From an uncultured Pseudomonadota bacterium (GTDB taxonomy: Bacteria > Vulcanimicrobiota > Vulcanimicrobiia > Eremiobacterales > Eremiobacteraceae): a stretch of 64,000 nucleotides of DNA. This document shows positions 38,577 through 47,231 of the stretch, one piece after another. How positions within the stretch are numbered: the first letter of the stretch is position 1; every line of letters starts with the position of its first letter. Location of the stretch: positions 1-64,000 of the forward strand of contig CAVTNB010000003.1 in the NCBI GenBank assembly GCA_963736005.1, read 5' to 3'. A program made the position numbers and the translations under genes. The notes beneath the pieces were generated by a model. It was given only the letters and a program-made list of their open reading frames with translations, ran no database searches and was not told where the DNA came from.

Positions 38577-38849
38577 ATGCCTCGATATATGGTGGAACGT
38601 ACTTTCAAGGACGGGTTATCGATTCCGGCCACGAACGCGGGAGCCGATTCGTGCCGAAGTGTCGTTGACAAAAATGGAGACCTCGGTGTGACATGGGTCC
38701 ATTCGTACGTCTTAAAAGACCACAAGAAGTCGTATTGCATTTATGATGGTCCGAGCGAGGATGCGATCCGCAAAGCGGCCGAACGTAATGGACTACCGGT
38801 CGATAGCGTTGCGGAAATCAGCGTGCTGGACCCGTACTTCTACCACTAG
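38577..38849 (+). CDS. DUF4242 (SCO4226-like) family protein
   Basis: MPRYMVER...WVHSYV...YCIYDGPSEDAIR..A...GLP.D; GGAGG RBS. Confidence 0.88.
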   Translation: MPRYMVERTFKDGLSIPATNAGADSCRSVVDKNGDLGVTWVHSYVLKDHKKSYCIYDGPSEDAIRKAAERNGLPVDSVAEISVLDPYFYH

Positions 38850-38877
38850 TTGGCCGCTCAAAAAGGGGAGATGCGCG

Positions 38878-39525
38878 ATGCTCAAACGTTTTGTCCTCGC
38901 CATGGTGGCTTTCAGCGTGGCCTTGGCGGTCTATGTCAAGGCAGACGAAGCGCCAAATTATAGCGGGCCAATGTCAACCAGCGAACAAGCCTTTGTTCGC
39001 TCCATCCAGTCCGATCTCAACGCCCGATTTCCCCACGCCAGTGACGCCCAGAAGGCCGGCTATGTTCGCTATACCGAGGTCGATGATACGGGTGCGATCA
39101 GCTACGCGAACTTTCATTGGACCTCAAGAGACAATCGGCATCCAAGCCAGCTTTGGTACGATAAGAATGGCAACTTACTGGGAGCGGATTTTTCGGTGCC
39201 CAACACCACGGGCGTGCGACCCAATATTCTTGGGGTCAACCCAGGACGCTGGTACGAGTTTGATGAGCACATCCATTGGGTCACGAAGGACCCTGCAACG
39301 GGCAAAATAGCGTACTATCACTATGTCATGGCGCCCGCGTTTGTCAAGGCAGGCGGCGACCTCAAGCGGCCGAGCGCCGATACCCTCGTCAAGATGGGAA
39401 AGGTAAAGACCGCTTCTGAGGTGACGACGATCTTCGACTTTCCGAAGGTCTGGGACCTCATTGTGTGGGTGAAGCCGAATCCAAGCGGCGCGTTTGCCGT
39501 GAAAAATCCGTTGGTCAAACCCTAA
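38878..39525 (+). CDS. Secreted hypothetical protein
   Basis: Signal peptide ending VKA; AGY, PSQLWY, W.LIVW...NPSGAF...NP; GGGGAG RBS. Confidence 0.8.
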   Translation: MLKRFVLAMVAFSVALAVYVKADEAPNYSGPMSTSEQAFVRSIQSDLNARFPHASDAQKAGYVRYTEVDDTGAISYANFHWTSRDNRHPSQLWYDKNGNLLGADFSVPNTTGVRPNILGVNPGRWYEFDEHIHWVTKDPATGKIAYYHYVMAPAFVKAGGDLKRPSADTLVKMGKVKTASEVTTIFDFPKVWDLIVWVKPNPSGAFAVKNPLVKP

Positions 39526-39555
39526 GGTACATGGTTGATTGAGGGGGCGTCTCTC

Positions 39556-40035
39556 TTACCACAAAGGCGAATGCGGCCAGCGTTTTGCAAGCAGCGAGTC
39601 GATACCGAAGACCCGGCCCGCTGAACAGAGAGCGAGCACAAGCGCTATCACAAAGAAGGCGCCGTCGTTACTCGAGGGATTCCACCACCACAGGCCCTTG
39701 GCGAGCATGTAGTTGGTGAGTAAGAGCATGGCAACGAGAGCCGCGAGTTTGGTCGCTGTTCCGGTGATCATGGCGATGGCCACCACGACTTCCGCTATCA
39801 CAATCAACATCGCAAAAATGGAAATGTGAGGTATGATCACATGCAGGAGAAAATTCTTGTAAAACGGTTGCGCATTTTGCAACCCGACCTGAGTGAGATA
39901 CCCACTGAGCCCACGTGTAAATGCCGATCCCGCCAAAAGCTTAGGATAGACGGCTAAGGAGAAAATGGTACCGAGATAGATCCGAAGCCAGGCAAGCGTG
40001 TAATGTTTCCACATCCCATGCCACGTTCGCCACAA
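39556..40035 (-). CDS. DoxX/DoxD-like membrane protein
   Basis: LRIYLG, AE..., AGRVFGID; 4 TM; start TTG 40035 or ATG 40014. Confidence 0.8.
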   Translation of the reverse strand: MWRTWHGMWKHYTLAWLRIYLGTIFSLAVYPKLLAGSAFTRGLSGYLTQVGLQNAQPFYKNFLLHVIIPHISIFAMLIVIAEVVVAIAMITGTATKLAALVAMLLLTNYMLAKGLWWWNPSSNDGAFFVIALVLALCSAGRVFGIDSLLAKRWPHSPLW

Positions 40036-40129
40036 AGAGCGCTTTAGCCAGTCATGGGCATAAGGAGGGCAGTTTCAGCGGTTCGACGCCTCTGTGCCCT
40101 GCCTTAAGGGTCCAACTTCTTCGAGAAAA

Positions 40130-40735
40130 TCAGCAGCCGTAGCCGTGGCACATCCCGCTCGCGGCTGGCATAGGCGTTGCCTGTGGTCCTGGCGTCGCCC
40201 CGACCTGGACGATCATCCCATCGCGCATGCCGTTCGAAATGTAGTGGATACCGCAAATGATGAACAGATTGCCGGTAGTGCTCGTCACTGTCAACACGCC
40301 GGTGCTCTGACCTGGTGGAATCGGACCACTTTGATACCCCGGGCCGAGAACTCCACCGTTAAGGGCGACGGCGGTGCTCTGCGGACCTGGCGTCGGATAC
40401 GCTGTGAAGACGTTGACCGTGTGCGCGACGTTATCGTCGTTGGTAAGAATCACTTGTGTGCCTGGCGCGAGACCAAGGACCTGAGCGTGTTTTTGTTGCG
40501 TGTACCCGGTCACGGCACCGAAGGTCGGGTCGGTGAAGACGCCGTTGGCGGTTCCGAAGAGGTTGACGTGTATTGTCGGCATCGTCGGTGATGGTGAGGG
40601 TTGCGGTCCTGGAAGCGTTCCACCACCTCCACCCCCTCCTCCGCCGCCGCCACCGCAACCTACTGCGATCGCAACCAAAGCCGCGGCGAACACGCCACCT
40701 AGGAGCACTCTGACAGACAATATCAACTTTTTCAC
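40130..40735 (-). CDS. Lipoprotein with cupredoxin (type-1 copper) domain
   Basis: Lipobox AVGC, 12 Gly, Pro linker, N.D...HTV and CGIH....GM ligand pattern. Confidence 0.75.
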   Translation of the reverse strand: MKKLILSVRVLLGGVFAAALVAIAVGCGGGGGGGGGGGGTLPGPQPSPSPTMPTIHVNLFGTANGVFTDPTFGAVTGYTQQKHAQVLGLAPGTQVILTNDDNVAHTVNVFTAYPTPGPQSTAVALNGGVLGPGYQSGPIPPGQSTGVLTVTSTTGNLFIICGIHYISNGMRDGMIVQVGATPGPQATPMPAASGMCHGYGC

Positions 40736-40836
40736 GACAACCCCCCACATCAGCGCGCTTTGAAAAATTGAGGACAGGGACGATCCTATCCCACCACGTC
40801 TAATTTTAGGGAAGGGCGCTTAAGAATCCATGAATT

Positions 40837-41019
40837 TCAGGATGACGAGGGTGCTGTCAGCCGCGGAGCGATGAGGCGAAAGCCCGCGAACGCAATGATG
40901 TTCAACATGGCGAAGGCCAAGGTCATGAGGAACCAGTGTGCTTGGCTTTGCGCATAGAGCAATTCAATGAGGACGAGGACGATCAATGGCCAGATCAATT
41001 TGTCGAAAAACAGATTCAT
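40837..41019 (-). CDS. Small two-TM membrane protein (60 aa)
   Basis: AGAGGAGG RBS; two hydrophobic helices. Confidence 0.7.
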   Translation of the reverse strand: MNLFFDKLIWPLIVLVLIELLYAQSQAHWFLMTLAFAMLNIIAFAGFRLIAPRLTAPSSS

Positions 41020-41043
41020 GTTGTTGCCTCCTCTCGTGAGAGC

Positions 41044-41078
41044 AAAAAAAGGAAGGAGCGGTCTTCGTCGACCGCTCC
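41044..41078 (-). terminator. Rho-independent terminator
   Basis: 9-bp stem GGAGCGGTC/GACCGCTCC (41055-41078) followed on the minus strand by a T7 run; lies just after the ABM-like gene. Confidence 0.7.
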
Positions 41079-41102
41079 GTCCCGATGGAAAGGCTTCGCG
41101 AG

Positions 41103-41423
41103 TTAGACTGTCGCGAGCGTTGGGATCTTATGGAAGGTTGAGTGAACAACGTCGTAGGTCTTGACCTGCGGCGTTCCCTCGAGAACGCTTGCCAGAATCT
41201 TCAACACTTCGGGATAGGTCGTGCTGTTATAGGTTTCGGCATACTCTTTCTTGTCCCAAAAAGAGATGGTGCGAATCTCGGTTCCGCTCGGGTTCACGAA
41301 GGTGACTTCATCTTTGAAGCCGTTTTGCTTGCGAAGCATGGGGATGACTTGCTTTTCAAACATTTCCGTGAAGTCATTGAGGCGATTGGGTTTCAGGTTT
41401 GATTTTACGATGCGTGCGTACAA
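41103..41423 (-). CDS. ABM-like dimeric alpha+beta barrel protein
   Basis: TTG 41423 after AAGGAG; YARI...P.L..Q.GF...ISFWD..E.A..Y. Confidence 0.75.
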   Translation of the reverse strand: MYARIVKSNLKPNRLNDFTEMFEKQVIPMLRKQNGFKDEVTFVNPSGTEIRTISFWDKKEYAETYNSTTYPEVLKILASVLEGTPQVKTYDVVHSTFHKIPTLATV

Positions 41424-41714
41424 GAAGTAACTCCTTAGAGTTAGCTTGGTCAACAGTCGAAAGCGTAAGTGTTCAAAAGAAACTGCCCCGTGTGAGATAC
41501 GCCTGAAAGCGGCAGTAACAGGGGCAGTCGTATTTCAATGCCTAGAGTCGCTGTGCCAATAGTATACCATACATTGGGGTCAAGCGCCGGGATATATTCG
41601 TTGGCGCGCCTTGCGAGTTTTCTCGGCATGGTGCTTGTAATCTCGGACGCTCCCTGTAAAGGCACGCAGCCGCCCGTTAGGAACGATGCCTCTGGTTCTC
41701 GAAAGGTCGCATGG

Positions 41715-43466
41715 ATGAGGCCCCGAGCCCTGGGTGCAGCAGCTCTAACGATCGCGGCAGTTATGCTGCTGGCGGTTGAGATTTCTTCCTGGTCGCAGAG
41801 CGCCCGCTTCGGCCCTAGCATCGGTGCGGGTTCGCGTTGCACGCCCGAGATTATATCGGCCGACCCAAAGAGCGCGCCAGGCCTCCAAAGCGGCGACAAA
41901 ATCCTCTTGCCCCAGATGAACCTGCCTGCTCGCCTCGCCATCTCCTACCGGTCCTCGCCCGTACAAACTGGTCGCGCAGGGGAGACTATCGCGCTCAGAG
42001 TGGCTCGCGGCGATCGCAATTTTACGACAGCCTATCGCTTACAGCACGATGATTCACGCCTAACCTTTGGGGGGCAGCTCGGGTTCAAGCTTTTCCTCCT
42101 CGTGGTGGGCGTCTTCGTGCTGTGGCGAGGCCGCGATCGAGCATCGCTCTTGCTGGGGATCTGGTGTCTCGATATCGCCATCGCTCTGCCGGACGCCTGG
42201 TGGGGCGCGCTCTCACCGCAGGGACGGCTTGCGGGCGGCGTCGTAAGCGCCGGATTGTGGACGGCGGGGGCGCCCCTGTTGTACCTTGTGATCGAAGCCA
42301 TAACGCGAAATGTGTCGCGGCGCGTGATCGTACTCACGCGCTTTGCTGTCGTAGCCACAACGCTGCCGGCCTTCTTCGACAACACGATTAACGCGGCTGC
42401 TCAAACCGAGACCGGTTGTAAACTCCTTCCTTTGCCACTGTCGATTGTCAGCGCACTCTTCGTGACCACGCAACTGGTGATCTTAGGCTTCTTCATTCTC
42501 AGCTATTCGAGATCCGTGGGCGTGCAAAGACAGCGAGTTCGCTGGGTATTTTGGGCCTTTCTCATCAGTCGATTCGGGGTGCTCTTAAACCTCATGAATC
42601 GGCTGCCAATTGTGACGCACCCCATTCAACTCTCCGGCGTCGAATGGCTCACCGTCTTGATTTTCCCGCTTGGCTGTGCCTACGCGATCTTGCGCCATCG
42701 CATTATCGACGTCAACTTTGTGCTCAATCGGACGCTCGTGTACACGATCCTGACCACGATCGCCGTCGGCATCTTTGTCCTGCTCGAGAATTTGCTGACC
42801 AAAGTCGCTGCGGGCAGAGGGATAAGTCTGGCTGTCGAGCTGTGCGTGGCGCTTGGGCTTGGCTTTTCATTCAATGCGCTCCTCAAGAAAACAGAAAATG
42901 TGATCGAGCGGACGCTGTTCCGTCGCAAATACGAGGCGGCTCGCAGCTTGCAGCGTTTTTGTGAGGAAGCCGGCTTCATGGAGAATGCCGATGCGCTTCT
43001 GGCGCAAGCAACCAAGGAAATTCCCCGCGCGGTGGGAGCCAGTGGCGCTGCCTTCTACGAGCGCTTTGACGGGAGCTACCGGCTCATTGCCTCGAGCGGT
43101 GGCCAGCCGATGCCGGGTGAGGTCGGCGTTGACGACCCGGCATTCGTGCGGCTCCGCAAGCATCTTTCGCAGGTTGACCTGTCGGGGATCTCAAGCGCGC
43201 TAGGCGAACGCGGTGTTGCCTTCGCTTTGCCGGTACGAGGAAAACTCTTCGGTGCGCTTTTGTGCGGCGATCGCGTCGACGATGAAACCTATGCTCCCGA
43301 TGAGATCATGTTGCTGCGCAACGTTGCCCATGAGGTTGGTGCTGAGCTGCATGCCATCCGCGCACGGCAGCGTGCCGAACTCCTCGACGCCTTGATGACT
43401 GGCTCGATCGATCTTTCCACGGCTCGCGCGAGACTGGCGGATGCCGGTACGCCTGCCGTTGGATAA
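41715..43466 (+). CDS. Membrane sensor-like protein: extracytoplasmic PDZ-like region, multiple TM helices, C-terminal GAF
   Basis: GLQSGDKI, YAILRHRIIDV, LPVRGKLFGALLCG...YAPDEI.LL; ATG 41715 preferred. Confidence 0.75.
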   Translation: MRPRALGAAALTIAAVMLLAVEISSWSQSARFGPSIGAGSRCTPEIISADPKSAPGLQSGDKILLPQMNLPARLAISYRSSPVQTGRAGETIALRVARGDRNFTTAYRLQHDDSRLTFGGQLGFKLFLLVVGVFVLWRGRDRASLLLGIWCLDIAIALPDAWWGALSPQGRLAGGVVSAGLWTAGAPLLYLVIEAITRNVSRRVIVLTRFAVVATTLPAFFDNTINAAAQTETGCKLLPLPLSIVSALFVTTQLVILGFFILSYSRSVGVQRQRVRWVFWAFLISRFGVLLNLMNRLPIVTHPIQLSGVEWLTVLIFPLGCAYAILRHRIIDVNFVLNRTLVYTILTTIAVGIFVLLENLLTKVAAGRGISLAVELCVALGLGFSFNALLKKTENVIERTLFRRKYEAARSLQRFCEEAGFMENADALLAQATKEIPRAVGASGAAFYERFDGSYRLIASSGGQPMPGEVGVDDPAFVRLRKHLSQVDLSGISSALGERGVAFALPVRGKLFGALLCGDRVDDETYAPDEIMLLRNVAHEVGAELHAIRARQRAELLDALMTGSIDLSTARARLADAGTPAVG

Positions 43467-43473
43467 CGATAGC

Positions 43474-44292
43474 ATGAGCGATCTCAATCCGCAGGCCAAA
43501 CAAATGGCTGATGAATCGATGGTGCGCAATCTCGATGCACAGGCCCGAGCCATTTGGCCTCAAGAAGTGCCGTTCTTTCGCCGCTACGAGCTGCCGGCTG
43601 AAGCTCGCATCCTCGATGCCGGTTGCGGCACTGGAGAAATCTCATCACGTTTGGCCGAACTTTTTCCGCAGTCGCGGGTGCTGGGAGTCGACATCATCGA
43701 CGACCACTTGGATCTGGCGCGGTCGCGATATGCCGCGCTTGCTCCTCGTTTGAGCTTCGAGCATCAGAGCGTGTACGCTCTCACTGCTCGTGATGCGAGC
43801 TTTGACCTTACTGTTTGTCGCCACGTCCTTCACGCGATTCCCCACGCGGACACGGTGATTGCGGAGCTGGCGCGCGTGACGCGCCCGGGAGGCCACCTGC
43901 ACCTCATTCCAGAGGATTACGGGATGCTCCACTTTCAGCGGGGTGCGCTCGATCCACGAGACTTTTGGTATGATGCTCCGGTGAGTTTCGGCGCGGCAAC
44001 CGGAACCGATCTCTTTATCGGGCGCAACGCGTTTGGCATCCTCGCCGCGATGAAACTCGAGCACATCACGATCGACTACATCACGGTCGATACGCTACGC
44101 TCGCGAGAACTGTTCGCGACGATCCTCGCAGCCTGGCGCGACGGATATGTCGATTCAATCGGCGAGCACACTCGCTACCCGCGCGAGTCGGCGATGGCAT
44201 ACTTTAACCAAATGATTGAGAACGTGCGGGACCCAAAGGGCTACGCCGTGTGGATGGTACCCGTCGTGAGCGCGCGGATCCCACGTCAATAA
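43474..44292 (+). CDS. Class I SAM-dependent methyltransferase
   Basis: ILDAGCGTG, FDLTVCRHVL, RVTRPGG. Confidence 0.92.
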   Translation: MSDLNPQAKQMADESMVRNLDAQARAIWPQEVPFFRRYELPAEARILDAGCGTGEISSRLAELFPQSRVLGVDIIDDHLDLARSRYAALAPRLSFEHQSVYALTARDASFDLTVCRHVLHAIPHADTVIAELARVTRPGGHLHLIPEDYGMLHFQRGALDPRDFWYDAPVSFGAATGTDLFIGRNAFGILAAMKLEHITIDYITVDTLRSRELFATILAAWRDGYVDSIGEHTRYPRESAMAYFNQMIENVRDPKGYAVWMVPVVSARIPRQ

Positions 44293-44297
44293 AGCAA

Positions 44298-44322
44298 GTG
44301 GCCGGACACGTTGCCCGGCCAC
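44298..44322. terminator. GC-rich hairpin between convergent genes
   Basis: GTGGCCGG-N9-CCGGCCAC; U-tract weak. Confidence 0.4.
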
Positions 44323-44357
44323 CGTCCTACGTGCCGCTAGTGAAAGACTCGGACCCG

Positions 44358-44906
44358 CTAGTGCTTGGGAATATTGCCGCAGGCTACGTACTTGCCGATA
44401 TTGGCTGTGGACTCATGAACGTTCACGGCAAGGGTGCCTGTCGTGAGCTGGCTGAGCGGCGCAGCCACAACGGTGACCGACTTGCCGAGCACGACGTTGG
44501 AGAGCGGGTATTTTACTGCGCCGACGTTCGGACACGGGCCCACATGTACGTGTGCCGGTTGCTTGCCTGTCGCGCTCTCACCGGTAAGCGAGATGGTGAC
44601 GGTCGTTTTGTTGCCAGCGCCAACGAGCGTAACTTTCCCAGACTCCTTCGAGCCATTTTCCTCACTCAATGTGGCAGTCACTGTGTGCGATCCCATCATC
44701 GCGGTCATTCCGGACATAGCGCCTGCTCCTGCATTTTTTGCAGCGTGCATGGCTCCGCTCGCTGCACTTGCTGCCGCGTTCATCGCTCCCCCAACAGCGG
44801 AGGCGACCGGCCCTGGTGTATTGCTCGAGCTTGAGTTTTGCGAGTTACCCGAGCACGCCGCCAGGCCAAGTGCCAAAGCTGCAATAAGAATAAGAGTGTT
44901 CTTCAT
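44358..44906 (-). CDS. Lipoprotein with CHRD-like domain
   Basis: Lipobox LAAC; Ala/Met-rich linker; PAHVH.G.C, NVH, VACG.I motifs. Confidence 0.7.
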   Translation of the reverse strand: MKNTLILIAALALGLAACSGNSQNSSSSNTPGPVASAVGGAMNAAASAASGAMHAAKNAGAGAMSGMTAMMGSHTVTATLSEENGSKESGKVTLVGAGNKTTVTISLTGESATGKQPAHVHVGPCPNVGAVKYPLSNVVLGKSVTVVAAPLSQLTTGTLAVNVHESTANIGKYVACGNIPKH

Positions 44907-44927
44907 AAGTATTGTCCTTTCGTAGTG

Positions 44928-45728
44928 TTACTCTTGGGCCCGCTGCCAATGAGGTTTGCGCTTTTCCAAAAAGGCGGTAATGCCCTCGTGGGCGTCTATC
45001 GACTTCGCATTAAGAGACATGACTTCTTTGGTATACTCGTAGGCCTCGTGCTGTGTCATTTCGATTTGCTTATAGAAGGCCTGCTTGCCAACGCCAACCG
45101 TATAAGGGCTGAGAGCGGAAATTTTTTCAGCCAGTTCGCGTACGGCCAATTCCAGTTGATCTGCCGGCACGACCTTGTTCACGAGCCCCGCAGCCAACGC
45201 GTCACGCGCCGGCATGGGTTCGCCCGTGAGCAGCATTTCCATCATTTTCTTGCGACCGATTGTCCGGCTCACCGCGACCATCGGCGTCGAGCAGAACAAA
45301 CCGATCTTCACTCCGGGGGTGGCGAACCAGGCGCTGTCGGCTGTTACGGCAAGATCGCATGTTGCGACGAGCTGGCAGCCAGCTGCCGTCGCCGGACCCT
45401 GCACTGCGGCAATAACCGGTTGCGGGATAGCCTGAATCTTCTCCATCATTTTGACGCACACGTCAAAAAGTTTGCGGTAGGTTTCTAAGTCGCGATCGAC
45501 CATCTCACTTAAGTCATGACCCGCAGAAAAAACAGGACCCTTGGCTTTGAGAATGCCAACTTGGATCGCAGAGTTTTCTCCGATGCCGTGGAACGCCGCG
45601 TGAAGCTCTTCCATCGTCTCAAGTGAAAGCGCGTTGCGTTTTTCTGGGCGGTTGAGCGTCACATACGCAAAGGCACCATCGAGTTCGACAAGCACGTTCG
45701 CAGTTGGTTTGGTCATCATTGTGGCCAT
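44928..45728 (-). CDS. Enoyl-CoA hydratase/isomerase family protein
   Basis: LNRPEKRNAL, FSAGHDL, AAGCQLVATCDL, TPGVKIGLFC. Confidence 0.95.
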   Translation of the reverse strand: MATMMTKPTANVLVELDGAFAYVTLNRPEKRNALSLETMEELHAAFHGIGENSAIQVGILKAKGPVFSAGHDLSEMVDRDLETYRKLFDVCVKMMEKIQAIPQPVIAAVQGPATAAGCQLVATCDLAVTADSAWFATPGVKIGLFCSTPMVAVSRTIGRKKMMEMLLTGEPMPARDALAAGLVNKVVPADQLELAVRELAEKISALSPYTVGVGKQAFYKQIEMTQHEAYEYTKEVMSLNAKSIDAHEGITAFLEKRKPHWQRAQE

Positions 45729-45745
45729 GGTAGTCCTATTCGCCG

Positions 45746-45812
45746 AGCGGACCTAAAGGTCCGCTGCTACGTGGGCGACTTTACAGTCGCCCGCTACACG
45801 ACCGCCGCTACG
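45746..45812 (-). repeat. GTAG-type REP cluster (two palindromes plus a degenerate third)
   Basis: AGCGGACC-TAAA-GGTCCGCT-GCTAC and GGGCGACT-TTAC-AGTCGCCC-GCTACA; first recurs identically at 61871. Confidence 0.75.
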
Positions 45813-46436
45813 TTAGAGCGTTTCGCGCGCCACCGCTGCGGCCACGACAACGAGGAACGCGCCGCCAACGCGTTGCGCCCACAGCTGTGATGGAGCGTTG
45901 ACACCACGCTTTGCGATGCGGTCGGCACAGGCCACATAGAAGGAGAGGACCCCAAACTCAACCGCAAGGCCAGCGAACCCCAAAATGGCGATCTGAACTA
46001 GCACGTTACCGTGCGGATCGATGAATTGAGGCAATATCGCGGTGAAGAAAATCAATGCCTTGGGGTTCGACAACTGCACGATTGTGCCATGAATCCATCC
46101 TCGCCTCACGGCGTCTGCGGGGGGCTCCGGAATCGAATGAGCAACATCAGACGCGCGCGCGATGAGAGCGCGGATTCCAAGATACGCGAGATACGCAGCG
46201 CCACACCATTTGATCGTCATGAACGCGGGGCGAGAGGCTATGATGAGCGATGCCACCCCCAGTCCCGAAATGATGAAATAGAGCGTGTTCCCCGTGAGAA
46301 TCCCGAGCGCCGTCGCATAACCCGCGTGCTTGCGCCGGCTTAATGCCGCTCCAACAACGGAGAGTACCGCAGGGCCAGGGATGAAGCAGAGCGCGATTTC
46401 AAGCGCGATGAAAGCGCCGAGTGTGGTTAGATGCAT
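45813..46436 (-). CDS. LysE/RhtB family translocator
   Basis: PGP, GAAYLAYLG, SNPKALIFF..ILPQF. Confidence 0.92.
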   Translation of the reverse strand: MHLTTLGAFIALEIALCFIPGPAVLSVVGAALSRRKHAGYATALGILTGNTLYFIISGLGVASLIIASRPAFMTIKWCGAAYLAYLGIRALIARASDVAHSIPEPPADAVRRGWIHGTIVQLSNPKALIFFTAILPQFIDPHGNVLVQIAILGFAGLAVEFGVLSFYVACADRIAKRGVNAPSQLWAQRVGGAFLVVVAAAVARETL

Positions 46437-46492
46437 TCTTCAATTGTTGGCGTAGGAGCGGCCTGTTCATTTATGCACATGGCCAGCGCGAC

Positions 46493-46560
46493 GGGGCGAT
46501 TTGCCAATCGCCCCCTACAATTCCGTGCGTGATGGGGTGATTTGCCAATCGCTCCCCACA
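46493..46560 (-). repeat. GTAG-type REP doublet overlapping the 3' end of the ABC ATPase gene
   Basis: GGGGCGATTTGCCAATCGCCCCCTACA (46493-46519) and degenerate copy 46534-46560. Confidence 0.75.
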
Positions 46561-47231
46561 TGGTCTTGCACGATGAGTCCGTCACGAAGCCTGATGATTC
46601 GCTTGGCGTGACGGGCGACATCGTCATCGTGCGTCACAATGATGATTGTATGGCCTTCTTCATTGAGGCTCTCGAAGAGCCCCATAATCCCTTCGGCCGT
46701 CACGGAGTCGAGATTGCCCGTTGGTTCGTCGGCAACGACGATGGCGGGTTCGTTAATCAATGCGCGCGCGATTGCGACGCGTTGCTGTTCCCCACCCGAG
46801 AGTTCGTTCGGGCGATGTTGCGCACGATCTTTGAGGCCGACCTTCTCGAGTACCCCGAGGGCTTTAGCTTCACGATCCCTGTCGCCGAGATAAAACAAGG
46901 GAAGCGCCACGTTGCGCACGGCACTCGTACGGGCCAGCAAATTGAACCCCTGAAACACAAACCCGAGCTTTTTTAAGCGAATCGCGGCCAGCTGTTGATC
47001 CGATTGCGCTGCGACGTCGACGCCATCAAGGTGATATGTTCCAGTCGTCGGTTTGTCGAGGCAACCGATCAGGTTCATCAGCGTCGATTTGCCCGAGCCG
47101 GACGGACCCATGACCGCGACGTACTCACCAGGTTCCACCACGAACGAGACTCCACGCAGTGCGGGCACCTTGATGTCGCCAATCTCGTAGATCTTGGTCA
47201 CTTGCTCCATATCGACGACCGGTTTACTCAT
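46515..47231 (-). CDS. ABC transporter ATP-binding protein (MacB/LolD type)
   Basis: [25 protein letters not shown]. Confidence 0.95.
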   Translation of the reverse strand: MSKPVVDMEQVTKIYEIGDIKVPALRGVSFVVEPGEYVAVMGPSGSGKSTLMNLIGCLDKPTTGTYHLDGVDVAAQSDQQLAAIRLKKLGFVFQGFNLLARTSAVRNVALPLFYLGDRDREAKALGVLEKVGLKDRAQHRPNELSGGEQQRVAIARALINEPAIVVADEPTGNLDSVTAEGIMGLFESLNEEGHTIIIVTHDDDVARHAKRIIRLRDGLIVQDHVGSDWQITPSRTEL

